From assembly GCA_000091205.1 (NCBI GenBank), contig AP006496.2: 64,000 nucleotides of DNA; one strand, written 5' to 3'. How positions within the stretch are numbered: the first letter of the stretch is position 1; each line of letters opens with the position of its first letter. Under the pieces are notes generated by a model that was given only the letters and a program-made list of their open reading frames with translations, was not told where the DNA came from and made no database searches. Source of the stretch: Cyanidioschyzon merolae. Lineage: Eukaryota. Below are positions 9,143 through 20,402 of the stretch, piece after piece. A program made the position numbers and the translations under genes.

Positions 9143-12100
9143 CCTGGACGTAGCCTGAGCCTCGAACCCAAGCTCTGTGGCCTTTGTTCCTATGCTCGTC
9201 CGTTTGCAGGCTGTCTCGAATGCGACGACCGCTTATACGCAGCGCAGCGGGAGCTGGACTGTATTGATATGTAGGAATATGTACTTATGCGAATACTTCA
9301 TGACAAGAGTAAAAGAAGTTGGACACAAGCAATGCGCATCGACGGCTTGCGAGCGATGTACTCGACCCTCGTTCACAAAAAATGCAGCACTGAACTGCTC
9401 GCTCTGATCATGTATTTCGAAATTTTCCATAATTTTTTGGATGAGCAGCCTCAAACTTCGCAGCAGATCAATAGGGACGTACTGACTCAAACGCGGATTG
9501 AGGAAACTCACCCGTCTTTTCAATGTGGCCTCTTCGATCACTTGCCACTGAATTTCGTTACGTCACGGGAATTAAGATGATTCGAATTACCCCAAAAAAG
9601 GTCCCTGTAATAAAGGATAGCATTACCCGTTTCATACGCACAAGCCTCCACTCCTCGCCTTTTTACGTATAGATGCTCAAATCACGTGTTGTTTTAATTT
9701 GCGACTTTTTCATCGCAACTCGTGTGCGCTGCCACTCGAGCCGCAGTATTGGCGACACAAAACAGTGAACGCTGTCCCTTGACGTCTTCAGCACATGCTC
9801 ATGCCGAAAGTTCTCTGAAATTTTCATGTCAAGTAATTGATTACTTTCGAGAAACACTTACTCCTCACTTCGTGGCTCTCGACAAAACGGCATTCGACAG
9901 CAGCATACTACTTCAAATGGGATCTGCTTCCACAAGATTCTGCGTCTTCCTACTACAAGGAATATGGTCATAGACGGTGCTTGCAGTCATTGCGGCAATC
10001 CCTTGCACTGAAGAGCTCGCCACCGCATCAGTAGAAGAGGATTAGACGAGTCGAAATTTCCCGACTTGATATCGAATCTGTATTGTGCTTCCGTTGTTAT
10101 TTTTACTATGGAAAACATCGCGTCCGAAAAGTAGTCTGTTGAATGTAACAGTGTGCACCTGTGTGAGCAGGGGACAGAGTAGTTGTCGAAGGGATCGCGC
10201 AGAAGCAGCTCGTCCTTGTAGGGTGCGGCACTGGTGGCTGAAACGGAGGAGGTCATAGAGGGATGTCCCCTGTACACGTCAAGGGCGTATACTGACATGA
10301 AGTAAACGTTCATGCGCCACCGGTCGACGCTCGGAAGATGAGATCTGGTGAACATATGTGTACAACTCACCACAGCAATGCATCAGCGCTGCGAAGGGTG
10401 CGTCATAGCTGTATCCATAGAAGATGAAAATGGCAAGAAATGCATAGATTCTTACTTCCGCATGTACGTGAATTGTGCCGGCAATATCGGACAGCGATTA
10501 AACCAGGACCTGAACGCTGGCATCAACCTCCTTTAAGCACTGACAACGGAGCTCGAGGGTAAGGATAGGCCGGCATTTTTGAATCCAGATACAAGAGAGA
10601 GGAAAATGAAGCAGACTCAGAAAAAGCACGAATGGTTTGTGTTGATGGCAAAGGGAAGAAAACAAAACATTAGAATGCACGCCTGAGCTACCTAGGAAGG
10701 AATGTTCCCGCTTCGTGTGTCATGGTTGTATTCGTCGCTCATTTGCGTTGCAGTTGGAGTTCAAGACGCCCACGGTGCGCCTTGTTGCTGCCAAAATGAG
10801 TTGAACCGCGAGCCACTGACCTAAACAATAGACCTGGGAATGCAATGGCGAGCGCTGGACTTCTGGGTGTGCCGCTCGACTGGAGCGCTTGGGGCATGCG
10901 CCACGCAAGCGCGCATCATCGACGGGGCGGCACTTTGTTCACTGGGTATTAGAAGTGTTGCAGCTTTCCGCTATAGGTCCGGTGAGGAAGCCACGACGCC
11001 CTTAAACGTTGAAGTGCAGTCCAAGAGGCGGAGATGTGAGCACAGGTGCTAGCGTGTTCAGAAGAAACTGGGCCCCGGCGCTAACCTTCCGGGACGCGGT
11101 AGACGTCCATCGCGACGAGCATCCGATCCGCATGGACTCGACCAAGACAACATATAGCGCAGCGGTCTGAAAAACGCGTTCTGGATCCCCATGCACTGTA
11201 ATGCCGTGTGAGAATCTCGGGCGAACCGATGTCTCTACTTGTGAATCAGAATATATGCGCCCTTAGATTGGTACTGGGGTTGCAATTCGTCGGCAGAAAG
11301 TGACGCTTTCGCCCCAGAGATGCACTGCAACCAATAATGCGACTCTAGTGGAGTCGCTTTTTCTCTGCATGACGACTGCAGCAGCGGCGGAGAATCCAAT
11401 GTTGCAGCAAGCGCCCGCTATTGGCTAGGTACAAGGAGAGTTGACGGATGAATCGAAGCGCGTTCCGCCGACCGCCTTTGAATGATGGATAGCTATCTAG
11501 TGTATGAGCAGTACAGAAGGATATGGGAAGCAGCAGCCTGGAAAAGTACTTTATCGAACAATGGTTCGTTGAACGCTGGTACCCGTCCGGCGATGCGTAG
11601 GATACCGCATGACTGAATCGCCGAAAGAATATATGTTGTTGTCATTCTCCTCCCTTTTCTTTGTGAACTGCGGGTTCGTCCGTCTTGGAGAATCCCACAC
11701 ACAGGTCAAGCATTTCTCCAGACTCAAGTCTCTTTCGGCGAAACAAATACGAGTGCTGTCTATGTTAGGAGTTCGCGTTTCAGTGCGATATCAAAAATGT
11801 TCTAGTCAAGTGGCGACGATTTGACACAGAAACCTGCTTTATTCTTTCTCCATACGTGTCTCCTCAATACCTTTCATGTCAAGGGCATGAAACTTCAAAT
11901 CCTCTGACTAGATTGATAGTACTTGCGAGAGAACACATGCGGTTGAATGAATTTACGAATTGGCAATCTTGTGTGCAGTGTGCGATGAGCTCTACTCGGG
12001 ATGAAAGCCCTTCAGGATAGGGACCCTGAGATGCGCAGCTCATCCACCTGCTGCCCACAGAATGACTGACTTAAAGAGGTGAGGCAGTTTTTCGCAAGAT

Positions 12101-12280
12101 AGCGATGGCTGCATATAGTCCTTCCAGGATCTTCCTCCAATCTATAGGAAACATTCCCTTTGTTGGACACAGGCGAGAAACACAGATAAAAGAAAAAGGG
12201 TCTGATCATACACGCATACCGGAACTCATTCGTCTAGATACACCAATGCAAGCACCAGAGAACGCCATCTACTTCTTCTA

Positions 12281-13591
12281 TCATTCGGCTTTGCGCACTT
12301 CGTCGGCCAATGAAGGCTTCGGTTCCGCCGTTTGAACTGACCACGGGACACGGCCCGGTACCTGGTCTTCAACAGAATCGTCCACACCGTCGTTCGCATG
12401 GGCATCGCTTGCGCTTAATATATCTGTACGGCTCTGCACCTGGGATTCGACAAGGTTCGGTAACTCTCCACCGCGGACTGCCTCTCGTCTCTTGGGTGCA
12501 ACGCTCGAAACCGGTCGCTCTGGCAACGATGGACCGATTCGAGGGCGCAAACCCGCCACAGCACCTCCGTCGGGGCGGCTTCTGCCAAACCCCACAGTTA
12601 GCGAATCCTCAGCTCGAGCGCTTGGCGTATCTTCCACCGAGAGCGTCCCGGGTGCATCGGTCGCATGCCATGCAGAGCCGCTGGCTCTATCTGTCTCGAG
12701 CTGCCACGGCGTCTCTATCTCAAGCGAAACTTGATCATTGTCGAATGGAGCTGTTGTGTCATGTTGCCGCAGCCAGTGCTCAATCTCGTCGCGACGAATA
12801 CTCTGTTGGAGGATTTTCATTGCCCTCTCCGTAAGCAGACCCGCACCAGTGCGCCCTGGCCCGGCCATGGGAGCGTCTTCATTCGCGGCAAGTTCCGGCG
12901 ACGACGCTCCGTCCGCAAGTTCGCCAGACTCCGCGGCCGTACTTGAGTAGTTTGGGCTGCTGCCAACGAGCTCCAGGGACTGCTTCGCATCCTGGAGAAT
13001 GAAGCGAATCTCGTTCGCCATAGCAGAGCGTGGGCCAAGAGCAAGCAGGTCCTCCAGGCAGTACGTGCCGGTGCGCTGGGCTCCATAGTAAGCCCCTATC
13101 AAGGTGCCACACGTCACGAGGACGCCTCTCCTCCAGGCGGGGGCTCGATCCGCTCTAGTCACTCTGGAAGCAGCGCTGTGCGGAAGTGTTTGTGATCCCT
13201 CAGGATGCGGTCCGGCATCGGCAGCAGGGCCGCTGCTCGGAGACCCACCGGTTTCGCCGAATCCCGACCTGCCTAGCGAGTCAGGCGCGACAGACCCAGA
13301 GGATCTACTCTGCCAACCCCCGCCGTTTCTGCCAAGTGGACTCTGGCGCCATAGGTTAAACCGCAGGAGGCCAAGAGCGCCCCAGCTTGTGCTCAACGGC
13401 CGCGAAAGGAAAAGCCACGCTATTACGGCCGCTGCTCCTCCTCCGAAAAAGGCGCTTCGTAGCGCTTTCGAGCGACACTTTTCCAAGGTCTCACGCTCCT
13501 CTGGACTGGGAGAATACTTGTTCCTGATTATTCGCGCCTGCAGCTCAGCGTAAACCAGCTGCTCGACGGCGCCCATACAAGCTGTCGACAA
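12281..13591 (-). CDS. hypothetical low-complexity protein with one predicted TM helix
   Basis: Longest ORF in a GC-rich stretch (436 aa), Ser/Gly/Ala/Pro-rich, with a hydrophobic stretch 'AAAVIAWLFLSRPL'. Antisense ORFs of 150-175 aa also occur here, so the call is tentative. Confidence 0.35.
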   Translation of the reverse strand: MSTACMGAVEQLVYAELQARIIRNKYSPSPEERETLEKCRSKALRSAFFGGGAAAVIAWLFLSRPLSTSWGALGLLRFNLWRQSPLGRNGGGWQSRSSGSVAPDSLGRSGFGETGGSPSSGPAADAGPHPEGSQTLPHSAASRVTRADRAPAWRRGVLVTCGTLIGAYYGAQRTGTYCLEDLLALGPRSAMANEIRFILQDAKQSLELVGSSPNYSSTAAESGELADGASSPELAANEDAPMAGPGRTGAGLLTERAMKILQQSIRRDEIEHWLRQHDTTAPFDNDQVSLEIETPWQLETDRASGSAWHATDAPGTLSVEDTPSARAEDSLTVGFGRSRPDGGAVAGLRPRIGPSLPERPVSSVAPKRREAVRGGELPNLVESQVQSRTDILSASDAHANDGVDDSVEDQVPGRVPWSVQTAEPKPSLADEVRKAE

Positions 13592-14199
13592 CTCACGATA
13601 GCAGCGACACGATACTCCTCTGCGCCAGCGTCAGGTATAAAAATGGAACGCTGTATTTCCGTTACGTTTATGCATGTCGCGTTTTCCGTGCATTTTTAGA
13701 TACATAGCCTTGGCATTGGAAACGCAGGTATATGTGCTTACAGATTCATACGAAGTTCTAGGATTCTCGGTTGTGTTCTCAGAGTGGCCCCTTCGACACT
13801 GCAGCTGGAATTCGATTCGTCACCCTGGTTCAAGATGATTCACGATAGCATCGAACAAGGGTTCATAAAATAACCGATGTATTATATGATGCTTTTGTGT
13901 AGGCTTCAACTCTTCTCCTTTGCTTATGTGCAGCACGCACAGATAACAACTTCTGCAAGCTTTTTACCTTTTCGTTTGAAGGGAGCACGTTGATGCAGCC
14001 ACTCCTGCCAATAGATTGACGAGGAAACCTATGAATTGACCTAGTCCCTTGACGATATTTTCACGAGATCATCCCGAACGTTCAATGCATTCATCACGCC
14101 AAAAAAATTGATTCCTTTCAAAACACGGATGCTCCGATCTGTATCGTCACCTGTGATTTTTGGAATTCGACATTTGCTTGATTCCAGTCTGGGGATATG

Positions 14200-14610
14200 A
14201 TCCCAAACGCTCCCTGTCTCTTCTGGTTGAGTGGATAAGAGTGTTGGACTTTGACTTGATTCACAGCAGTGATTGCTTTCCGAGGCGAGTGCGTCACCGT
14301 CTCTCATATCGGTAGCGTCGACGAACCGAAAATTCTCGAGTTGTTCTCAAGCCCTGGTTTTCCATCATGTACTCGTTCAGTAATCGACAATATCGCATTC
14401 CACAAATCCACTATCGACAAGAACAGCGGACGTTTCCGCGTTCAGCATACAGATTGGTCGCCAAGGGGATCCTTTTGAAGAAACCCGTGAGCGCAGGATG
14501 CGACACCGATAGCGGAAACGGTGGAAGGAATCGAGGGTAGTCTGCTAAAGCCTTCGACGCCATATATTTGACGATGAAGCAAGCGTTCGCTCGCCACAGT
14601 GCGAAGCTTG
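14200..14610 (+). repeat. dispersed repeat family 3, copy 1 (~65-75% identical to 33620-34120 and 60130-60640)
   Basis: Alignable blocks with the 60130-60640 copy: 'gagtgttggactttgacttgattcacagc', 'cgatagcggaaacggtggaaggaatcgagggtag', 'gatgaagcaagcgttcgctcgccacag'. Confidence 0.5.
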
Positions 14611-15174
14611 GAGCAGGATCTTTGGTGAATACATATGGGAACACCTGTCGACCGTCAACTGTCAACGCTGCGAACAGCTAACCGGGGGATGCATCCAATG
14701 AAGATGCAATTGGAGAGTGAAGCGCATATCGCAATTTCCGCCTGCGCAGGAAATATACCGACAACAGCTGGAAACAACTCCATTGGGAATTTAAGGCTGC
14801 CATGAACATGCTTTCAGTGCAGAAAATGGAGCTGGAGGTGAAGCAGAGGACGGTGTATTTAGAGCCTTGAATAAGGAAGAAGAAAAGGAATCAGTCGCAG
14901 ACAAGGCCCATAGATACTTTCGTTGATGACAATGGGAGGAGGCCCAAACTTTAGAATGTATGCCCGAGTGAGCGTAATGGGGTGCTTCGAATTAATTCTG
15001 AAATAGGCATCTAGGGCCGTCCTTTCCATGAGATCAAATCGATGATGGACCGAACGAGCGACACAAAATGGGATCCACTTCGGTGCCTGTGTTCTCCGAG
15101 AGAGCGTGATCGGTAGCCTCCTGAGGTCCATTTCAACGCTCTCATTTCCATGCAGCATGATCCAGCCGCATCAC

Positions 15175-15310
15175 AGGGATCCCCTAAAGCGCGTTGGTGT
15201 TCATGACATTTTATCGATGGACCTACCTGGGATCCCCTGCACTGCGCATTGATGTTCATGACATTTTAGCGATGGACCTCCCTGGGATCCCCTGCAGTGC
15301 GCTTTCGATG
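15175..15310. repeat. ~55-bp tandem repeat, ~2.3 units
   Basis: Unit 'gttcatgacattttatcgatggacctacctgggatcccctgcactgcgcattgat' is repeated at 15199-15253 and 15254-15310, with a partial unit before. Confidence 0.7.
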
Positions 15311-15593
15311 ATCTGCTGCGGAAGGCTTGCTCTCCGGGCTAGACCCCGGCAGGCTGCGATTTCGGTATCATGTAAGATCTATGAACCTTAACGGTTCCCC
15401 CTGGATGTGTGCGAGATACCAGAGCAATCATCTGAGATCATGGTTCCTTGTGCTATACTGAAGCCTATGCGAAACTCCAGTGGATGATGTCCCCGGAAAA
15501 TAGAAACCAAATCGCTGCGAAGCAGAAAAATCGACATGGCGCGAACGCAGACAAGCGATTCGAACAGACTGCACAAGCCAGACTCGACTCGCT

Positions 15594-18344
15594 ATGTGGC
15601 TTCGTACGGTCCGCGGCAAAGCGAATCGCCGGCAGCATGAACAGCAACTAGCGCCTCAGCAGACGGAATCTGCACTCTTGAATGCACTTACCGTGCGGGA
15701 CGAAGGTGAGCGGGGAGTTTCGAAACAGGGGACAGCCACGGCGGACCCTAGCGACGCGGAGCGTCAACTGCGGCTTGCGCTTGCAGCCTCTCAGCAGGAA
15801 GTATCCGTGCTGCAACGGGTCCTTCGCGATATGGAGATAGACCAGTCTAGAAAAGTGGCTTCTGCTCGGCATACCTGGCGCCCTGGAGAGTCGCGAGCAC
15901 CCGACAGTAGGCGTTCGGGTCGCGAGGAGCTGCGCGCGGTGACGCTGGAACTTCAGGAGCTGCGCGAGCGAAACGCACAACTCGAGAGGGAAATCGAGCG
16001 CGCTCATAGCAAAGACGGGCAGCTCGTACAGCGGACCTCCGATGACGGCTATGTTCGCCAGATGCGGGCGCGCCTGCGGCAGAAGGAGGCTATTATGGAG
16101 GCCGAACGAGAACGTTTCCAGTGCCTTGAGCGCGAGCACCGACAGCTCCAGAAAGAGACCCTGGCATTGCAACAGGACACCGAGCTCCTTTTGAATGAAT
16201 ACGAATCAGCCCAGCAGATCATTCTTTCGTTGCGGAAAGAGCTGAAACACTACGCTCTGCAGGAGCAGCACCAATCGATACCTGAGGCCCGCAAGCGAGA
16301 CGCACCCGCACAACAGCTCAAAGCGGGAGGTCCACATGAAAGAGGCAAAGCTCACGCACTTAAGGATTTCGCGCAACAGGAGGTAGGTTCAGCTAGCGTT
16401 TTAGATCATATGATGCAACCGATGCTGGAGAAGGAGTTCGGAGAAGAGTGCATTCGTTGCGAGCGGTGTGGTGCGCGCATGCGGCTTCCGGTGTGCAATA
16501 TCCGGAGTGCTGGTGCCACCGCGGATGTTCCGACAAGAGATACGACACAGACTGGAGCACACAACAAGTTCTCGCAGGAGGCTCCAAGTGAGCAGAAAGA
16601 GAATCCGCAAGGTCAGTGCCCAGAAGCGGGATCTTCTCTGGGTCCGCAGGATATCCGGAGTTGTTCCGCAACGGATCCGACGCCACCGCCACCGCCACCG
16701 CCACCACCACCGCCAACATCCCTGGGTGCACAGGCTGGACGATTGAGCGGGCAAGAGGTGGAAAGTGCAGGGGGTCCGCCGCCACCGCCACCACCGCCGC
16801 CACCGCCACCACCGCCGCCACCGCCGCCACCGCTGCATGATGCTCCCAAAAGCATACAGAATGAAGAAAAACATTTCGTACGAAAGTCGGGTTCTATGGA
16901 TGCGCTCCAACCGCGAAAACCGCCCATCCATCCCCGGGTGGAAATGCGGAGTTTCTTCTGGAAGCGCATTATTCTACCGGCTAGCAGCTCTAGCAGATCT
17001 TCCAATGATCAAGCAGCGAACAAACCAGATGAGACGATCTGGTCCCAGATTCACGAAGTACCTTTCGATCTCGATGAATTTGAGAGTCTTTTTGCTCGCA
17101 AACCACCCAGCAAAAATAAGCAAGCAGTCATTCCAGGAAATGGGTCAGAGAAGACGATGCCACTCCAGGGCAATCGGGATCAACGTTCCCGAGCATTGGA
17201 CCAGTCTTCGGTGTTGTTGGAGCACTCGGGCTTGTTGAATGCATCGTCCTCTGGTACTGGATCGCGACGGACTGCCGCAGATGAGCCCGCTCTTTTGGAT
17301 CCGAAGCGAGCGCATCTTATAGGCTTGCTCACTGCATCGCTGCCGCCTATAGAGCGCGTCAAAGAGGCCTTGCTGCGTATGGACGAGCAGGCTCTCAGTC
17401 GTGGAGATTGCGATGCGCTAATGAAAATCATTCCAACGGACGAGGAGGCATCCAGGTTGTTGCAGGTCCATCCGGGCCGTGCTCTGAACAAAACCGAGCA
17501 GTATCTGCGGGAGCTCGCGAGACTCAGGTCTGCTCCGATCCGACTACGGGCCCTGATCTACCGGCAGTCATTTGAGGAGCGCGCTGAACAGATTCTAGCA
17601 CCACTGGAGACCATTCAAACGGCATGTCGTTCCATTCGCTCTTCCGATGCGTTGCGGACGATTCTAGCGGTTATGCTTTCGCTGGGAAACTACATGAACG
17701 GCGGCACCAGTCGCGGGCAAGCCGACGGGTTCGAGTTGATATCCGCTCTCGACAAGCTCGGAGACACCAAGGCGCTTGATGGCCAAATGACGCTTCTGAC
17801 TTACGTTGCGTGCATCTGTGGGCGATTTTTTGCCGAAGAACGACCACCAAATGATTCTCGCGGCGAGCAGCGCAGGGCAGGGCAGCGCACAAACACCGAT
17901 GGCGAGTGCAAAGCTCTTTCATCGTTGGAGAAACTCCAGCGTTCGTGCCGCGCTGCCGCGCGGGAGTCGCTCAAAGACGTTCAGACTGAGGTAGCTGGAA
18001 TGCGAACTGAACTGGAGGCTCTTCTTGATTCGATCCATTTGGCGGTCAACGACACTAAACAGTGTCCTCGAGGCAGCTCAGATGCTCACGAAAACAGTCA
18101 ACTCGCACATTGCATGGAAGCGTTCGCGCGGGAAGCCCGAGAGGCGCTCCATGATATTCAGGAAACGGTGCGACTGGCTGTTCAGGAGTACCAACGTACC
18201 CTCCGCTTTCTGGGTTACAGCTCTGCAGAGGCCCAGTCCATCCAACCGGAGGAATTCTTTGGACCGCTCAGTCGTTTTCTGGAGAGGTTTCGAAATTGCC
18301 TCGGTGGGCGCCTCACCAGGAAAGAAGCCGTAACAGGCAGGTAA
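15594..18344 (+). CDS. formin (FH1 poly-proline + FH2 domain) with N-terminal coiled coil; N-terminal regulatory exons possibly upstream
   Basis: 916-aa ORF. FH1: 'PTPPPPPPPPPPPTS...GPPPPPPPPPPPPPPPPPPPPLHD'. FH2 hallmark: 'LGNYMNGGTSRGQADGFELISALDKLGDTKA' (GN-MN...GF-L..L.KL.D-K). Confidence 0.85.
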   Translation: MWLRTVRGKANRRQHEQQLAPQQTESALLNALTVRDEGERGVSKQGTATADPSDAERQLRLALAASQQEVSVLQRVLRDMEIDQSRKVASARHTWRPGESRAPDSRRSGREELRAVTLELQELRERNAQLEREIERAHSKDGQLVQRTSDDGYVRQMRARLRQKEAIMEAERERFQCLEREHRQLQKETLALQQDTELLLNEYESAQQIILSLRKELKHYALQEQHQSIPEARKRDAPAQQLKAGGPHERGKAHALKDFAQQEVGSASVLDHMMQPMLEKEFGEECIRCERCGARMRLPVCNIRSAGATADVPTRDTTQTGAHNKFSQEAPSEQKENPQGQCPEAGSSLGPQDIRSCSATDPTPPPPPPPPPPPTSLGAQAGRLSGQEVESAGGPPPPPPPPPPPPPPPPPPPLHDAPKSIQNEEKHFVRKSGSMDALQPRKPPIHPRVEMRSFFWKRIILPASSSSRSSNDQAANKPDETIWSQIHEVPFDLDEFESLFARKPPSKNKQAVIPGNGSEKTMPLQGNRDQRSRALDQSSVLLEHSGLLNASSSGTGSRRTAADEPALLDPKRAHLIGLLTASLPPIERVKEALLRMDEQALSRGDCDALMKIIPTDEEASRLLQVHPGRALNKTEQYLRELARLRSAPIRLRALIYRQSFEERAEQILAPLETIQTACRSIRSSDALRTILAVMLSLGNYMNGGTSRGQADGFELISALDKLGDTKALDGQMTLLTYVACICGRFFAEERPPNDSRGEQRRAGQRTNTDGECKALSSLEKLQRSCRAAARESLKDVQTEVAGMRTELEALLDSIHLAVNDTKQCPRGSSDAHENSQLAHCMEAFAREAREALHDIQETVRLAVQEYQRTLRFLGYSSAEAQSIQPEEFFGPLSRFLERFRNCLGGRLTRKEAVTGR

Positions 18345-18402
18345 GCCATGTGGTTCAGCGCGATCCATCTCCGCAGTAGCAATGCTCGCTGCTGAGCGGC
18401 GT

Positions 18403-18957
18403 TCACTCGTATTGTTTTCGTTTTTCTTTAGACAAGAGCGTAATCCTTTGGATGCACAGCGTTCCATGAGGAATCTCGGTACATGCCTTGAATCCTCCCT
18501 TGCAAACATCGTACAGGGCGAGCGCCGCAGCAGCAGCGCCCGTCAACGCCTCCATTTCCACTCCAGTCTTAGCAGTTGCCGAAACCTGGACGCGTATTCT
18601 AACGCTGAGTGTCTGAGGATCGGGGTCCAGCTCCACGTTGACCATGTCGAGGGGTAGCGCCGGGTGACACAGCGGGACGAGCGTGCTCGTTTGCTTTGCT
18701 CCTTGAATCCCGGCGAGTCGCGCGACAGCAAAAGCGTCCCCCTTGGGAAGCGCGCCTTGGAGCAGAGCAGTGAAGACGCCTTGGTCGCCGATATTCAGGC
18801 TCGCTTCTGCCTGGGCCTTTCTAAAACAGGCTTCCTTAGTACTAATATCCACCATGCGCGCTTCTCCGCGCTCATTCAGGTGAGAGAGCACCGAATAACG
18901 CCTCAGGCTTTGTCGCAAGGAGCCGAACGTCCCTGCGAACGCCCAGTGCCGGAGCAT
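18403..18957 (-). CDS. moaC: cyclic pyranopterin monophosphate synthase accessory protein MoaC (molybdenum cofactor biosynthesis)
   Basis: 'ARMVDISTKEACFRKAQAEA...GDAFAVARLAGIQGAKQTSTLVPLCHPALPLDMVNVEL...ATAKTGVEMEALTGAAAAALALYDVCK' matches the MoaC fold motifs (MVDVS.K, IPLCHPL, GKTGVEMEALTA). An N-terminal ~30-aa extension looks like a targeting peptide. Confidence 0.85.
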   Translation of the reverse strand: MLRHWAFAGTFGSLRQSLRRYSVLSHLNERGEARMVDISTKEACFRKAQAEASLNIGDQGVFTALLQGALPKGDAFAVARLAGIQGAKQTSTLVPLCHPALPLDMVNVELDPDPQTLSVRIRVQVSATAKTGVEMEALTGAAAAALALYDVCKGGFKACTEIPHGTLCIQRITLLSKEKRKQYE

Positions 18958-19893
18958 ACTAGTCGAGGTTTTCGATCAGTTTCCGCAGTGCAAGTGCCTG
19001 CCAGCAAAGTCCTCCGCCCCTACCCAATCTGGCTTCTCGGTCAGGCCAAGGGCGACACAGAACCCGATACTCCAGGCAGCTGGCAAGCTTCTCAGCCAGG
19101 TTTCTTCCAGCAGTGTAAGTCCGTAGCGCCGGGTAACGGTCCTTTGGTCGCCGCTGCTCGCGTTACGCTAGGGGAGCACGCACCAACTGGCAAGTATACC
19201 AGCGGTACGCACCGCAGAAAGTGTGCGCCGTTGTTTTTGATCGACCCGCTCTGTGATGGATCGGACTGACCAGACGAAGCTCTCTATGCTACGCGTCAAG
19301 CTCCGTCTCTGTAGCTAACTTCGAATAAAGCGCATCCAAGAAAAACGAATCTGGCGGGGAAACTCACAAGTCGCAGATCGAAAGCATGTATTCTGGACGG
19401 CGCTCGGGGTGCAGTACCATTTGCATAGAGCATCGCATGCTCAACGTGCCGAGCCGTACACCTAGGCTCTGCAGCAGGCTTTATTGCTCGTTCAGCAGCA
19501 CAAGTGCATCCACTTGCTTCGTGCGAGGAGGGAGCATCCCTCACGCATAGAGCGGCGTTTGAGCGCATGATGCGGTGCTAACTTATAGCGCGTCACCGCT
19601 TCACAGGATACCGTATAGGAGCATGACACGGGTGCATCCCTGCTCATGAGACTGACTTTACTGACTCGTGTCCGTGCTGGTCGCTGATTTGCGGCAAGCA
19701 TCCCACTGACAAGGGTTCTTCGAGTTTTTCTCCATCGAATGTCGATGGATATTGATAGCGCCTTTCTGTGGTGTGGTGCGAGACGAGGTGCAAACTCGGC
19801 CTGTCCCCTTTAAACTGGGGGCGTTTTCGTGGACCTATGAATTTGGAACCTCCGGAGACGGGTATCTAGATGAAATAGGCAACTGAAGGATGT

Positions 19894-19919
19894 GACGCGA
19901 CGCGACGCGACGCGACGCC
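19894..19919. repeat. (GACGC)5 microsatellite
   Basis: gacgcgacgcgacgcgacgcgacgcc. Confidence 0.85.
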
Positions 19920-20402
19920 ACAAAGATATGAGCATCCGTCCTCAGCCCTCATGTGCTTTATGCGGCCGCTGGAGATCCGCTTTTGCGATAAGGCATTTCG
20001 GAACCTTTTCATCGTATTCGAGTTGAGCCTGTATTATGCACGTGTTGTTCGTGCCCGCCTGGAGATACACACATGTGTTGGCAGAAACGAGGAGTGCTTG
20101 TACCAAATGCCCTGAACGGAGCGACGCACCGCCTGATCCTCTACAGCTTTGTTCAGGTACAAGCACTCCTGCGTTTACGCCAACACATGCACAGCTGCTC
20201 TGCATGCGTGGCATCAGGGATTTGCGGTGAGTCAGACGCAGACCCCCGGTGTCAAGAGGCGCTCGCAGGGCAAGCTAATCCTTCCGGGGCTGAGCTCTGG
20301 TACCATCGCGCGGTCGTAAACGCGGATGCCTCTGCGTCCAGGGTCTTCTCAGAAGACGATCATTCAACTAGGTCTCTTTCTCAGTGCCTGTCGTCGCCAC
20401 GT

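Noticed and set aside
12310-13553. Plus-strand ORFs 12310-12834 and 13104-13553
   Set aside because: Antisense to the longer 12281-13591 ORF. Only the longest was retained as a tentative CDS.
15648-17005. Minus-strand ORFs 15648-16172, 16401-16931 and 16613-17005
   Set aside because: All are antisense to the formin CDS. The W/R- and G-rich products are reverse-frame readings of the poly-proline (CCN) tract.
18664-19269. 201-aa plus-strand ORF
   Set aside because: Lies fully antisense to the well-supported MoaC gene (18403-18957) and continues into GC-rich flank. It is a by-product of GC-rich sequence with rare stop codons.
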